64,000 bases of DNA from Eukaryota sp. TZLM1-RC (GCA_040285825.1 JAUPSS010000004.1:4741784-4805783), one strand, 5' to 3'; positions 33,250-45,315 are shown, counted from the stretch's first letter. Notes: generated from the sequence alone by a model not told the origin. Translations and numbers: made by a program.

Positions 33250-34687
33250 TATTTATTGAATTTGCACACTTAATTAAATTAACTCATAACTAATGGGACG
33301 ACTATCATTGAACCAAGATTTCCTCTACAAAATCTTGATCTGCTTGGTGTCTAGCTAAAACTTCTCTAATTCGATTGAAAAACCGAGGTAATCTATTAAT
33401 AATGGCAAATTGAATCCGTGAACGCCATAAAAAAATATCAAATCTTTTCATTGTTTTTTCTTGCACCATTTTTTGGAAGTCATCCAAAAAAGTTTCTGCT
33501 TCAACTGATAATCTTCCATTTATCGAAAATGGGAAAGCAATAAAAACCAGCTGTGTATTTCTATCGACATTTGCATCTTCAATTTCTTTATCATATTTTC
33601 TATGTTTTTCTTTTGCTTTAAAGTCCAGAGCAGCCACAGGATTAAGTTTGTTTCTGTGAACCAAAGTATCGTTTGCAACATTACATGAGACAAAGTCAAC
33701 AATAGCTTCAGAATTATCAATCCAATCACAGTATACATCACCTCTATCATCAGAACCAAAATTATTCAGAGAAAGTGTTTCCTTCAGCAGGGGCTCTTTG
33801 ATACACGATATCCTTGCAGTTTGTGCCATATTGAAAACAGTGTCTCTAACAGCATCATGTAATGAAGAACGATAAGTTATCAATTTAGAGCAATTCAGAG
33901 CATGGCGCAAAGTGAGTTGAAATGAATTCGAACAAATACATTTTTCTTTTGATAATAATTGATTAATGGGGATATTAAAATATAATCTCATTTTTGTTAC
34001 AAATGCTTCATTAGTGGCACACAATCCAAATCTTCGTGGTACAATGGTTACAAAAAGTGAAGAATCTGATGACTTACTTTCACAAACACCCTTTTCCAAT
34101 AACAATGAGTGAATATCTTGATTTAAAACAGCCGAGCTGCATATATTACTATAAAGATCATTTTCATACATTCCAGTCAATCGTTTCTGTAATGTTCGAA
34201 GAGTGTACTTCAAATTTAAAACATTCTTTTCTGGAATATTGCCATTGAATGATTGGGGAAAGCATCGACCCCATTTTTCTGCATCAATTTTTGAAATTTC
34301 TTCATTTAATGCAAAAACAGTGGAACTTTGCGTTGTCATCAATAAATCTTCCCAATCTGCAAATCTTTCGGAAAACTCAAAGATTGCATTTCTGCATCCA
34401 CCAACAAAAGCACACGAGGTAAGAATAGAAGCCTTCGTCCACCCTAAACCGCCATAATGAGGACTAAGGTAAGCATGGTCTGGAATTTGGAACATTTTAC
34501 ATCCCAGTAATTGTGACAGAACTTTTGCATGTAATTCATTAAACTTCTGAGCCAAAGGCCTAGTGACAAGAGGATTTGTAGATCGAAATATATGATTGAA
34601 ATTGAAACTAAAACACAGTCTTATAATGGTAAATTTGATGTGTTTTTTTATATCTAAATTCATCATTCGGTCAATTTTGTCAGAAAT
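33250..34687 (-). mobile_element. CRE-A, 5'-truncated; open 453 aa RLE-containing ORF
   Basis: ORF 33305-34666; same 5' breakpoint as the 13244-14680 copy. Confidence 0.93.
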
Positions 34688-34696
34688 ACAACGGTA

Positions 34697-35468
34697 TATT
34701 TATTGAATTTGCACACTTAATTAAATTAACTTATAACTAATGGGACGACTATCATTGAGCCAAGATTTCCTCTACAAAATCTTGATCTGCTTGCTGTCTA
34801 GCTAAAGCTTCTCTTATTCGATTGAAAAACCGAGGTAATCTATTAGTAATGGCAAATTGAATCCTTGAACGCCATAAAAAAATATCAAATCTTTTCATTG
34901 TTTTTTCTTGCACCATTTTTTGGAAGTCATCCAAAAATGTTTCTGCTTCAACTGATAATCTTCCATTTATCGAAAATGGGAAAGCAATAAAAACCAGCTG
35001 TGTATTTCTATCGACATTAGCCTCTTCAATATCTGTATCATATTTTCTATGTTTCTCTTTTGCTTTAAAATCAAGAGCACTCACAGGATTAAGTTTCCTT
35101 CTGTGAACCAAAGTATCATTTGCAACATTACATGAGACAAAGTCAACAATAGCTTCAGAATTATCAATCCAATCACAGTATACATCACCTCTATCATCAG
35201 AACCAAAATTATTCAGAGAAAGAGTTTCCTTCAGCAGGGGCACTTTGATACACGATATTCTTGCAGTTTGTGCCATATTGAAAACAGTGTCTCTAACAGC
35301 ATCATGTAATGAAGAACGATAAGTTATCAATTTAGAGCAATTCAGAGCATGGCGCAAAGTGAGTTGAGGTGAATTCGAACAAATACATTTTTCTTTTGAT
35401 AATAATTGATTAATGGGGATGTTCAAATATAATCTCATTTTTGTTACAAATGCTTCATTAGTGGCACA
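34697..35468 (-). mobile_element. CRE-A, 5'-truncated, head-to-tail with the previous copy
   Basis: ORF 34752-35483. Confidence 0.93.
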
Positions 35469-36289
35469 AATTATTGAAATCAAAAAATTTGCTGATAAAT
35501 TCAGTTAATTCATTGGTTGTGTTAGTTTTTGCTGTTGTTGTTTATACCGTTTTTGTAAAAATGTTGGACCCGAAGAGTCTCGGTAGATTGAAATAAGTTC
35601 ACAGATTCCAATAATTACTTCAGTATAGAAAAGTTACAGCCATACAGACTAGTTCACAAATGATTCTTTAAGCGGACTAAATGTTTCATTCAGTAACCTG
35701 TTGTCCGGAACCCTCTGTTCCTATAATCAACACAATTTGCATAGATACATATAAATGTAATGGATTATTTCAAACCGACAAAACAGGTTCAGAGTCAGTA
35801 GTGGGCCTTTCATCAAAACATAAAGGTGGTTCAAATCCCCACATTCATGGGTTACATATTGACCAAGGATATCGAAAAAATTATTTATGATCAAAACAGG
35901 CACTGGTAATTGATTTAATAGTATTGGGCAGCGAGTTGCTCTTAGTGACTCCACATAGGAACTTTAAAATTCCATATCTATAGTTATTGTTGTTGATGAT
36001 TTTGTAATGAATTGACATGAAGATATAAATGCTCCAGCATTTTTGTAAATTCAATCAATGCCACAATTGTTTGCAGATTAAACCTAAACAATAAAGCACA
36101 ACATTATCATGAGCTTTAAGAAGAAAGCACTGATACTTAGGATTCCTAAATTTGTAACTGTTGCAGTTAACAATTTAAAAACCATCCATTAGAGGAGTGT
36201 ATTGATAAAAATGAAAGAGAATGTACGGAAGGAAACCATTTTAAATGAAAACCCAACTAATAATTACACTTAAAATAAACAAAACAAAA

Positions 36290-38464
36290 CTATTGCTTCA
36301 AGAGCGACAGACTAGAGCCAATACAAGTTGAAACAGGAAATTTTAACCAAGAATTTGTTAGTGATTCTTCCAAAATAACCTTTAAATGCTGCTCGAAATC
36401 AGTGGCTACAGCAGTGGGAACTTCAAACACCACCTCATCGTGAATATGTAGTACAGGTCTGGCATTGAAATGAGCGAGGTGATAATTTGCTGCCAAAAAG
36501 GATTTCTTGACCAAGAATGAGGCAAATCCTTGGATAAATGAATTAAAAGCAGATCTTGCAGCTCTTTTCTGCATGGCTGGTTTACTGGAAGTAAGATCCA
36601 TAATGACACGGCGCCTTCCATCAGGAAGAACTACTGTAGGAGGGCTGTGTTGAATGGCACCCATAGTGACTGACGAAACCAAATCCTTTAGTCTTGGACA
36701 GATCAACGGAGAAAACTCTTGCATGTATTGAGAAGCTTGTTCAACAGAGATTCCAAGTTCCTCTGACAGCTTCTGTGGCCCTGCTCCATAGACCAAAGCA
36801 TAGCAGAGACGCTTTGTCAGATTACGCTGAGACTGGTCTATTTGATCGACTTCAGTTGAGAAAAACCTTGAGGCAATTGAACAATAAACATCAGTGGATG
36901 CCGACAAAAGTGAAATCAAAACATCGTCCTTTGAAAGAATGGCCAGCGTTCTAAGCTCCAAATGATGAAAGTCAGCAGACACGAATGTAAATCCATCCCT
37001 TGACTTGAATGAATCACGAACGTCAACAACATTATTATCAACGATGTAAGGTCTTGATGGTAGGTTCTGAAGGTTTGGGTTTTTGCAGGCAACTCTCCCA
37101 GTTTCGGCTGAAGTGAGTGACCACTGCGAATGGATAACAAAAGGGGAGTCAGATTGTTCAGGGATATCTTTAGTTAATCCGTGAATATAGAATGAATTCA
37201 GCTTTGAGAGTTCTCGATGCAAAAGTATCAACTGAATCACTGGGTGTTGATCTTGCAAGAGCTTGAGCATGCGATCACTTGTATTCGTTGAGGTTCGTTC
37301 ACACTGTAACCCATCAGGAAGCTTGCATTTAAGAGTGGAGAACAGCAATGATGATACTTGCTGAGGTGATGATAACAAAAATTCTCTACCCACTAAAGAA
37401 TGGGCTTCTTGTTCAATTTGATTGAGTCTATTTGTGATCACCTGTTGGTGAGCTCGAAGAACATTTGGATAGTGTAAAATACCAATAAAACTCATTTGGA
37501 TAAATAATGAATTAATGAGTAAATCTAATAATAAAGAAGGTGGTAACTGTGGACTAAATGACTGAGTAGAGGATTGTAAACATTTATTCAAAACAGTGTT
37601 CAGGCTGTCTGCATTATCGACGACCAGAAGCTCAGAAAATTGTGACCTGGGTTGACTTGTCGAGAAAGAGGAGAGCTCTGATAAACAGTCGGTCAAAAAA
37701 TTCCAAAAATTTGGTGGTATTTGCAGATAGCTAAAACCAAGTATTGAACTAAGTTGCTTTGGTAAAATTTCATTACAACAGTGAAACAAAACAATATCAA
37801 GGTCTATAATAATAGAGTTCGTGAGACATCGAGAAACCAAGAGAAAGTCGTCTTGGGTCAACTGAAACACGTCAGCAAGTGTCAGTAAAGTTGAGCTGAA
37901 TTCATGAGAGATCAAAGGTAAAGTTAAGATGAATGACATGAATTTAAGAAATTTCTGCTTTGAATTGATACAAACAGTAAAAGTGACTGGAGAATCAAAA
38001 GTGCAAAGATAAAATGTGGCTTGATCAGCTTGGAATTGACAATAGATAGCAAGGGCTTGCTGAGAAACTTCATGTTCAAATGTTGAAAAAGAGAGTGTTT
38101 CACAAAAAGCTGGGTCACTGGGCGATAAAATTGAAACTGAAAGAAAGTCATTGGATGTAACAGAGTTGACAGAAGAAGAGGATAAAGAACTATCGTTACG
38201 ACGTTTAAGAGTAGGGGTTGGAGTTAACAAGGTTGAGCAAGGGCTAGAGTTGAGAGAAGCCGTGTTGCTAGCAAGACGTGAGAACCTGGAACTCCTGTCA
38301 GTGGCATTTGGAGTGTGAAGAAGATTTGGCTCACTGGTAGGACAATTTGTTAATGAAGGATCGTCAGGATTGATCAAACGCAACGCCTTCTGGTAATAAG
38401 ACGTCCCAGGAGTTCTGACAACCGGAGGCCGCTCAGTATACGTGAGTACTCGCAAGTTTTGCAT
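36290..38464 (-). CDS. Family A DNA polymerase, Pol theta/nu-like, with no helicase domain
   Basis: ETGRVACKNPNLQNLP, motif A SADFHHLELR, motif B RNLTKRLCYALVYGAG, motif C HIHDEVVFEV. Confidence 0.9.
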   Translation of the reverse strand: MQNLRVLTYTERPPVVRTPGTSYYQKALRLINPDDPSLTNCPTSEPNLLHTPNATDRSSRFSRLASNTASLNSSPCSTLLTPTPTLKRRNDSSLSSSSVNSVTSNDFLSVSILSPSDPAFCETLSFSTFEHEVSQQALAIYCQFQADQATFYLCTFDSPVTFTVCINSKQKFLKFMSFILTLPLISHEFSSTLLTLADVFQLTQDDFLLVSRCLTNSIIIDLDIVLFHCCNEILPKQLSSILGFSYLQIPPNFWNFLTDCLSELSSFSTSQPRSQFSELLVVDNADSLNTVLNKCLQSSTQSFSPQLPPSLLLDLLINSLFIQMSFIGILHYPNVLRAHQQVITNRLNQIEQEAHSLVGREFLLSSPQQVSSLLFSTLKCKLPDGLQCERTSTNTSDRMLKLLQDQHPVIQLILLHRELSKLNSFYIHGLTKDIPEQSDSPFVIHSQWSLTSAETGRVACKNPNLQNLPSRPYIVDNNVVDVRDSFKSRDGFTFVSADFHHLELRTLAILSKDDVLISLLSASTDVYCSIASRFFSTEVDQIDQSQRNLTKRLCYALVYGAGPQKLSEELGISVEQASQYMQEFSPLICPRLKDLVSSVTMGAIQHSPPTVVLPDGRRRVIMDLTSSKPAMQKRAARSAFNSFIQGFASFLVKKSFLAANYHLAHFNARPVLHIHDEVVFEVPTAVATDFEQHLKVILEESLTNSWLKFPVSTCIGSSLSLLKQ

Positions 38465-38635
38465 AAAGATTCAACAATGCAGGCAATAAAAATCAATTTG
38501 TTAAAAACAAAAACGCACATCAATAACTAAAAGAACACATGTTGGTTTATTGTAAACACTACAAGGTGGACACGTATGTGCAAAAAATGCCCGGTGTTTA
38601 TGCTAAAAAACTGAATTACAATAATGACAAGACTA

Positions 38636-39047
38636 TTAGAAGCGAAGCTTGGAGAAGAACCACATGTTTTGGCCGGATCTGTAACGGTCTTCGAATCTGG
38701 ATCGGATAGTTTTGAGTCCTTCCTCAGGAGATTCAAGAGAAATTTCAGGCATAGGGACATCTAAAACATAACGGGTGGGCATGAGATGAGTGAAGTTCAT
38801 GACCTTCAAAAAGGGCTTGACGGAAGTGCGCTTCTTGATAGTTTCCTGTGACATTCCTCTGGTGACTTTGAGAGGATAACGGTCGATTCCAGCAACGATA
38901 CAGTGACCATAAGGACGAGTCTTAGTGCCTTGCTCGAAGAGCTTGACAACAACAGCCTTACGACCGGCATACTTGCCTGAAAGTACAACAACAACTTTAC
39001 CTGGCTTGAGGCTGCGATCAAAAAGGGGCGTGAACGTACAATTTCAT
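38636..39047 (-). CDS. RPL27: 60S ribosomal protein eL27; intron 39012-39039 (28 nt)
   Basis: Spliced product MKFLKPGKVVVVLSGKYAGRKA...NFTHLMPTRY...WFFSKLRF. Confidence 0.95.
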
Positions 39048-39084
39048 GTTGTGGGAAAAGAAAGACCATTCAATAATTCTCTTA

Positions 39085-39561
39085 ATGTCCGCCGATGAAC
39101 CCTCTCCCAGCTCCCTTGCAGCTCGCTTAAGACAACAAGCTCGGTCTCGTAAGACATCTGCTACATCAGATCTTCTAGAAAAAGTCATTCTCTCAACTGC
39201 ACTTATTCAAGTTGGACTCTTGTTCTCTATCGAAGTGAGCATTATGAACTCTTTCATACGCCTTACATTACTTCTTGCAATTTGGGCCAAGTGTTGTTGC
39301 TCGGGTTCTGGTCTACTAGTAGCAGGTTGGGTTTTTTTGATTGTTTCACATATCTTAACGGCTCCAGTGATTCCTGTTGATGTAGCGTTCTTCTTTTTAG
39401 GTCCATTCCCCTACCAAACGACTGTTTTGGTAAGTGGAGATTTTGTGCTTTGTCTTTTATCTTTTGCTCTTCTATCGTTACGCAACGAACGTCCACAATC
39501 GTCCTCGGCATTGTCTGAATATATGGATGAATCTGGTTCACTCATTAGCTCTTTAACTTAG
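39085..39561 (+). CDS. Small multi-pass membrane protein of unknown function
   Basis: ORF with three to four hydrophobic segments, divergent from RPL27. Confidence 0.6.
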   Translation: MSADEPSPSSLAARLRQQARSRKTSATSDLLEKVILSTALIQVGLLFSIEVSIMNSFIRLTLLLAIWAKCCCSGSGLLVAGWVFLIVSHILTAPVIPVDVAFFFLGPFPYQTTVLVSGDFVLCLLSFALLSLRNERPQSSSALSEYMDESGSLISSLT

Positions 39562-40449
39562 ATACCATTGATGTTGCATAGTATTGTTTGGTGACTTTCT
39601 CCTGACCATTGTCTACACTTTTTCATGTTCTACAGTTGAATTGTTTATCGTTCCTGCAGCTGCTTTTTATCAATGTAACAACTCCTTACAGAGTTTGTGG
39701 ATTTTCATGGTTTGTTGGACCTTTTGGTTTTAGTGTAAATAAGTTACTTCAAAGTTTTATTTTCTACATCAGCATCTGTACAAATTGTCATTTTACAATA
39801 ACAGGCTCTTTCAACTAAACAACAGTTTTATATCTGTATCCTTCACAATCCTTAACACCAAAGCAAAAAGCTTGAACGGTATTTTTGAAATCATAGTTGA
39901 AAACTGACACAAAATGTGTGATAATTTTTGTTCTTGTAAGTACAAAGGTGCCAAGATACTAGTCTCGACTAAATTTCGACCAATTTTCCCTCGCTTGTTG
40001 TAGTCATTTTTGTCATACAGTTAATACTATTCTACACGATATACTAACGCAATTACTATATACTATTCATCATCAACATTTTACAAAGCAAATTTCTATT
40101 TTTTATCAACTAAATATGCTAATTGGTCTTAATACAATGAATGAACTTCTTCTTGAAAAGATTCATGATTGTATTCATGTCGCTTAACATGTACCATCAA
40201 ACATCATTAATTGATGTTGTACTGAATTACTATAGATTAGAGGTGATCCTGTGACAGCAACAGATGGTTGTGAGAAAAGACGTAAATGTTAGATTAACTG
40301 ATTGCACTTTATGTACGTATTTCAAAGCTTTTGAAAAAGGATAAATAGGGCAACTATAAAGTTCGACAAGTAGTTCCAAGGGGTTTGAGGCAGTGGAGTC
40401 AATGCAAAACCTTGTGGAATCGAGATACTAATTCTGCTCTAAATACTCT

Positions 40450-40730
40450 GGAGGTGGTACATCACGTCAAAAAGTGAAAACACCACGCAAGGCGTTTCTC
40501 AAGTTGTTACAATGTTCCTTTGCAAAGGTGAACTGGTGCAAGATGCTACACCAAAAGATCAATCGAAAAGTTGATGGTGAAGTTAAAGTTCACAACGCCT
40601 ATTTCAGTTGTCCGGAATGTAATCAAGTTTGGTCTAGAGACATTTCTGCATCACTAAATCAGCTAGAAATTGCAATTAGTGAGCACTACTATGAACAAGA
40701 CCAGAAGCGTTCCAGAGACCGCAAAGAAAC
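40450..40730 (+). pseudogene. Fanzor1 family 1 copy 2: 3' fragment lacking the RuvC-II Glu
   Basis: Aligns with 3282-3600 (KTPRKAFLKLL...CPECNQVWSRDISASLN) but has a 36-bp in-frame deletion of NVKIGDEYMTSA. Confidence 0.82.
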
Positions 40731-40902
40731 TGGCTTCAAAGCTATGTATTGTTCAGAGGAGAAATGGGCTCACTGAGATTGGTGGCCAATTATTCGAGGA
40801 TTCTAGAACGTCTGTGGACGAACTCACCAAGGATGAAAGTTCTTGGAATAAGTTTGAATGATGCGTGAAGAAAGTACTAAGTATGCATTTCGGATGAAAA
40901 CC
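40730..40902 (+). ncRNA. Putative omega-RNA scaffold of Fanzor family 1, copy 2
   Basis: Stem 40789-40798/40853-40862 encloses hairpins 40809-40820 and 40827-40846 (GAAA loop). A further hairpin pairs 40861-40867 with 40882-40888. Confidence 0.63.
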
Positions 40903-40957
40903 ACACTAGCAGCAATAATTAGGAGATCTTTTTTGCTCCCAATTTTTAAATCAACTT

Positions 40958-41695
40958 ATGCGACGAGGTGCTGGATTAGCTGGTCTCCGACAACAACAAC
41001 AGTTTCAACAACGTGCTCGTGCATTGGGTGAAGAGCTTACTAGTCAAAAACTCGCCGAATTTCGTCAACATTATGAGAACTTTCAACAAAAACTACACTC
41101 TTTTGCATCCCAACACCGTAAGCGCATTAATTCTGACCCACAATTCCGTTACAGATTTTGGCAAATGTGTTCGGAACTCAATGTAGATCCTCTATCATCA
41201 ACAAAGGGTGTCTGGGATCAACTTGGGATGGGTGACTTTTACTATGGATTAGCAGTACAAATTTCTCACATTTGTCTAGCAACTAGGGAGATTAATGGTG
41301 GATTTTTATGTTTAGAAGATTTACGTTCTCATCTCAACAGAAGAAGGCGAGCTGGTAGTGAAAACTCTGTGTCAGATGATGATATAGAACGTGCCATCAA
41401 GTCCCTAAGAGTTTTGGATTCTGGATTTGAATTAGTTAAACTTAATAACAAAACCTTAATTAGGTCAGTACCAGAGGATTTGTCTCAAGATGAAACGTCT
41501 GTTCTCAAAGCTGTTGGAAATAATGGTAAGTTTACACACAATTTCGTAATAGATGCTCTTGGTTGGAATTCGGATCGTACTTTTCGTGCTATTAATGATC
41601 TTCAAAAAATGGGTTTGGTTTGGGTTGACTTACAAGATGAAGAACCAGAATATTGGATTTTGTCATTTTTATCTAATTTGAGTTTATCAGAATAA
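40958..41695 (+). CDS. SNF8: ESCRT-II subunit Vps22/Snf8
   Basis: MRRGAGLAG, FASQHRKRINSDPQFRYRFWQMC...VDPL, LGMGDFYYGLAVQI, GLVWVDLQ. Confidence 0.95.
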   Translation: MRRGAGLAGLRQQQQFQQRARALGEELTSQKLAEFRQHYENFQQKLHSFASQHRKRINSDPQFRYRFWQMCSELNVDPLSSTKGVWDQLGMGDFYYGLAVQISHICLATREINGGFLCLEDLRSHLNRRRRAGSENSVSDDDIERAIKSLRVLDSGFELVKLNNKTLIRSVPEDLSQDETSVLKAVGNNGKFTHNFVIDALGWNSDRTFRAINDLQKMGLVWVDLQDEEPEYWILSFLSNLSLSE

Positions 41696-41921
41696 AGATT
41701 GTACATAAAGCAATAGTGTTTATCATAGTGTTTTGTTATTAATTCATTAATAGATACACATATACAGCTAAGAGACCGCATTTGAAACAAATTGATTAGA
41801 ACATCAGAACTACAAAAGATATTGTGTAAATAATTAATTAAATTTTAAAAGGAACGACTTGAGAAAAATACCAAAATTTGATCTTCAAACAAAATGAACA
41901 CTCAAATTACAGATTGCAAAA

Positions 41922-43328
41922 CTAATGACGACCAGGTCTGTAAAATGGCAACACTTTACGTAATTTTAATGGAAAATCAACAGGGAGAAAATCAGATGCA
42001 TCACTTCTTTGAGAGTCAGCAACAACACGATAATCTGGGTTACTTGTATCTCCCACTGGTAAAACATTTCGAAGGAACAGTGGAACCTCTCCATTGGGAA
42101 ACTCTTCGACAACTTGAGATGACCCCTTCAAAGCATCGGTAATATCTCTGCTTTTGGGTGCTTCAGAACAGGAAATTGTTGCATGGACCAGTGCAAATTT
42201 GCACTCTGGGAGTCCAATGTTCTGACAGGCGACAAGCGAAGAGACACACAAGTTCAAGACAGATGAATCAGCTATGCCGATATCTTCTGATGCAAAAACA
42301 ATCAATCTTCGAGCTATAAATAAAGGATCTGCTCCTCCCTCTACCAATTGCATGAGATAATACAATGCAGCATCAGTTTGACAAGCCCTCATCGACTTGA
42401 TGAAAGCACTAGTTGTATTGTAAAATAGATCCCCAGATTTATCAAAGAATCGGTGAGTGGATGAGCTCAGTGTTGTTACATCTTTCACCTGCACTGTGGA
42501 CCCTGAGCTAGCAGCAGAAAAGACTGCCTCTAAAAGATTCAACGCAGCCCGAGCATCACCAGAGCTATGTTCTGCTATACAATTTAATGCATCAGCAGCT
42601 ATCTGAACTGATTTATCAATACAGCAAGTGCCGTCAGGATGTTTAATTGCTCGATCAAGGATTTGGAGAATACTGTCCTTACTTAAGGAAGTCAACTTGA
42701 CAATGAGTAATCTGGATCTAAGTGCATTGTTCAGAGCATAGATAGGATTTTCTGTTGTTGCTACCATTAATACTAAATTGCCCTTCTCAATTTCTAATAG
42801 AACATCTTGTTGTGATTTATTGAAAGCATGAACTTCATCCAAGAAGAAAAGGGTTTTTCTGCCAAATTTGGCTTCATTTTTGGCTTTTTCAAACACCAAC
42901 CTGACATCAGCAACTTTTGTGTCTTTAGCAGATTTGTAAACAAACCGCCAGTTCCGATTTGATGAGATAATTCGACCAATTGTGGTTTTTCCTTAAATTA
43001 AAAGTGAAATGGATATACCTGTACCAGGAGGTCCACTCAATAAAATAGATGTAGAGAAATCACGTCCTAGTAATTGTCGAACAGGGGAATCATCATTAAG
43101 TGATGGCTGGCCAATAAAATCGTCAAAAGATTGAGGTCTGAGACGCTCTGCAAGAGGTTTTAAGCATGGCTGTTGCTTAAGTGCTGAAGATGTAGAAAAA
43201 GTCGACACATCATCATCAGAAAGGTCTATAATTTCATCTGTGCAATTATCGCAGTTGGAACGCTTAGCTGGAGGTGTAGGAAGAAGACGTGGAAGAGATT
43301 GCTTTGGGGATGTAAGGAACCTTTTCAT
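41922..43328 (-). CDS. WRNIP1: AAA+ ATPase WRNIP1/Mgs1/RarA; intron 42992-43018 (27 nt)
   Basis: PLAERLRPQSFDDFIGQ, spliced Walker A GPPGTGKTT, FLDEVHAFNKSQQD, ATTENP, SAFIKSMR, ARRLIVFASEDIG. Confidence 0.93.
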
Positions 43329-43879
43329 AGAAACATATTATTAGGGGGTTCCCAATTTTCAGCTAAAACACTTTTCCGATAGTGACGTTCACATTCCATA
43401 CACTTGGCACCGTATTTATTGATAAAAGCCCCGTAATTTCAAGCACCATCAATAAAATAGAAATTGTAGAAAATATATGAAAAATTCATTCTTCTAATTA
43501 TTCAAGTTGAAGAGACAACAAGCGCAAGCGATATGGCTTCTGAAGTCATTGATGCCTCGTTTACTCCCAAAATCAATGGAAGTCTGGAATTTTTCCATCT
43601 AATCAACCTGCTCATATTTAAGTCTTTTGTTGAATTTATGTGACGCTTGGATGACTGAAACCATGTTGCGTATTGGTACTTATTATTTTAAACAAAATTC
43701 TGATCTGTGGTATAGTGTTTGTTTTACTAATACGGAAACATCTATTTAAATATGTGATGGCAAATGGATACCACTTTAAGCAGTAGTTCGACAATGTGTC
43801 TACTTTTGATGCCTTACAATTGTTTTTATAAAAGGTGGCCAAATTGTGGAGTTATTGTGCTAACATATCATTCTCAGAA

Positions 43880-44638
43880 ATGTCATTTGTTTTACTACCT
43901 TCACCACAATTTGTTATGAAACTCAACAATGTTCCCCAAGCTTTCACTGAGCTTCTGAAGATTACCAACACCACAGATGAATCTTCTGATTTATGGGATT
44001 CTAATCAGCTTCTTTATGTCAATATTGCCCTCTCGAAAGTACTTCCCCGTAGACAGCTTCCTTTCTTAATGTGTGTTTCACAACTTGTTCATCACCTCAG
44101 TTCTATTCCTCATTCCTTCCGACAAACTGCCCGTATCTGTTTGTTCTGTAAAGACAAGACTACAGAAGAACAACAGGAATACCTGAAAGGACTCGATTCA
44201 CGTATTGAGCGTATCATTACTGTCTCTGAAGTCAGAAATCTTTACAAGACGTATGAACAACGCCGCTCTCTTCGTGATGAGTTTGATCGCTTTTTATGTG
44301 ACAATGATGTTTTTGGAATATTAACTAAATTGTTAGGCAAGGTTTTCATTAAAGCTAACAAAATTCCAGTTACTGTCAGTATCCCACTTGGTGATGATGC
44401 CAGAGCACAATCAGCTGTACAAAAAGCCATTGATGGTGTAGACCTCAAGTTGGGTGGCGGTCCTTGTTTATCCCTACCTGTTGGCAATAATCAGATGGAG
44501 ATACTACATTTACGAGAAAATCTAGCTGCAATTTGCAAGTATGTCACCACTAAGTTTGGCGAAGATATGATTCAGAGAATTTGTCTCAAAACCAAAGATT
44601 CACCTGCTCTTCCAGTTTATTCTTGTTTACCTGAATAG
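43880..44638 (+). CDS. RSL1D1: Ribosomal L1 domain protein (RSL1D1/Utp30/Cic1)
   Basis: ICLFCKD, YKTYEQRRSLRDEFDRFLCD, LLGKVF, LKTKDSPALPVY. Start is either 43880 or 43916. Confidence 0.85.
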   Translation: MSFVLLPSPQFVMKLNNVPQAFTELLKITNTTDESSDLWDSNQLLYVNIALSKVLPRRQLPFLMCVSQLVHHLSSIPHSFRQTARICLFCKDKTTEEQQEYLKGLDSRIERIITVSEVRNLYKTYEQRRSLRDEFDRFLCDNDVFGILTKLLGKVFIKANKIPVTVSIPLGDDARAQSAVQKAIDGVDLKLGGGPCLSLPVGNNQMEILHLRENLAAICKYVTTKFGEDMIQRICLKTKDSPALPVYSCLPE

Positions 44639-44697
44639 TTTTAAAGTTAGTTTTTTATTAGTCATACACAGTTTATTTAAATTAAATCTTTCTTAGC

Positions 44698-45076
44698 TTA
44701 CTGATTTGTTGATTTTAAATCTCTAAAGTCTGACATCAGTTGTTTGGTAGATCCTCTTGGCAATGTTTTCTGGAGAGGAACCTTACGAATTTCTCTGGTA
44801 AGACGAATTTCCTCTTCTGACATAGGTTCTTCAATGATAGTGACCCTATCAAAACGTTCTTTGAAAGTACGTTCCCTCATTACAGGTTCATAATAAGTTT
44901 TTGCAGATTCAGTAGGAGAACCCTTCTGACGTTAAATGCAGAGATAATCATACAGAAACTAGTTCTTCATGAAAATGTATACATTCCTCAGTATGTTTGT
45001 GTTGCTCTTCCTCTGATGGTCGGCCTATTCCTGAAGGAGCGACCTCTTGTGGACTAGGATTTCTTCTATGGAACAT
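44698..45076 (-). CDS. Small hypothetical protein; probable 28-nt intron 44926-44953
   Basis: MFHRRNPSPQ...EELVS joins KGSPTESAK...MRERTF in frame after removing GTATGA...TTTAACGTCAG. Confidence 0.5.
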
Positions 45077-45315
45077 AAAGATAACAAGTAAATGATAACA
45101 AGATGAAGAATGACATATACAAAAGTCCGTAGTGATATACTAAAAGGAACATAATTGGGCCAAACCCAAAGAGTATGACCTACATTCTCGAGTTTGAGTT
45201 TGAAATCAAAGAAGAAAGGGGAATTGGACCATAAACTGATCAAAAGGAAGAAATTCCTTTTCTTCGGCCCTTTCTTGTATGTTTCATTTCGCCTCGATTG
45301 ACCGAAGCTTTTAAA

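Noticed and set aside
35500-36200. Possible gene on the minus strand
   Set aside because: Only short broken ORFs with no recognisable motif.
40900-40912. Helitron 3' end (CTAG) for the Fanzor ghost
   Set aside because: CTAG is followed by C rather than T, there is no clear GC-rich subterminal hairpin, and it is not present in copy 1.
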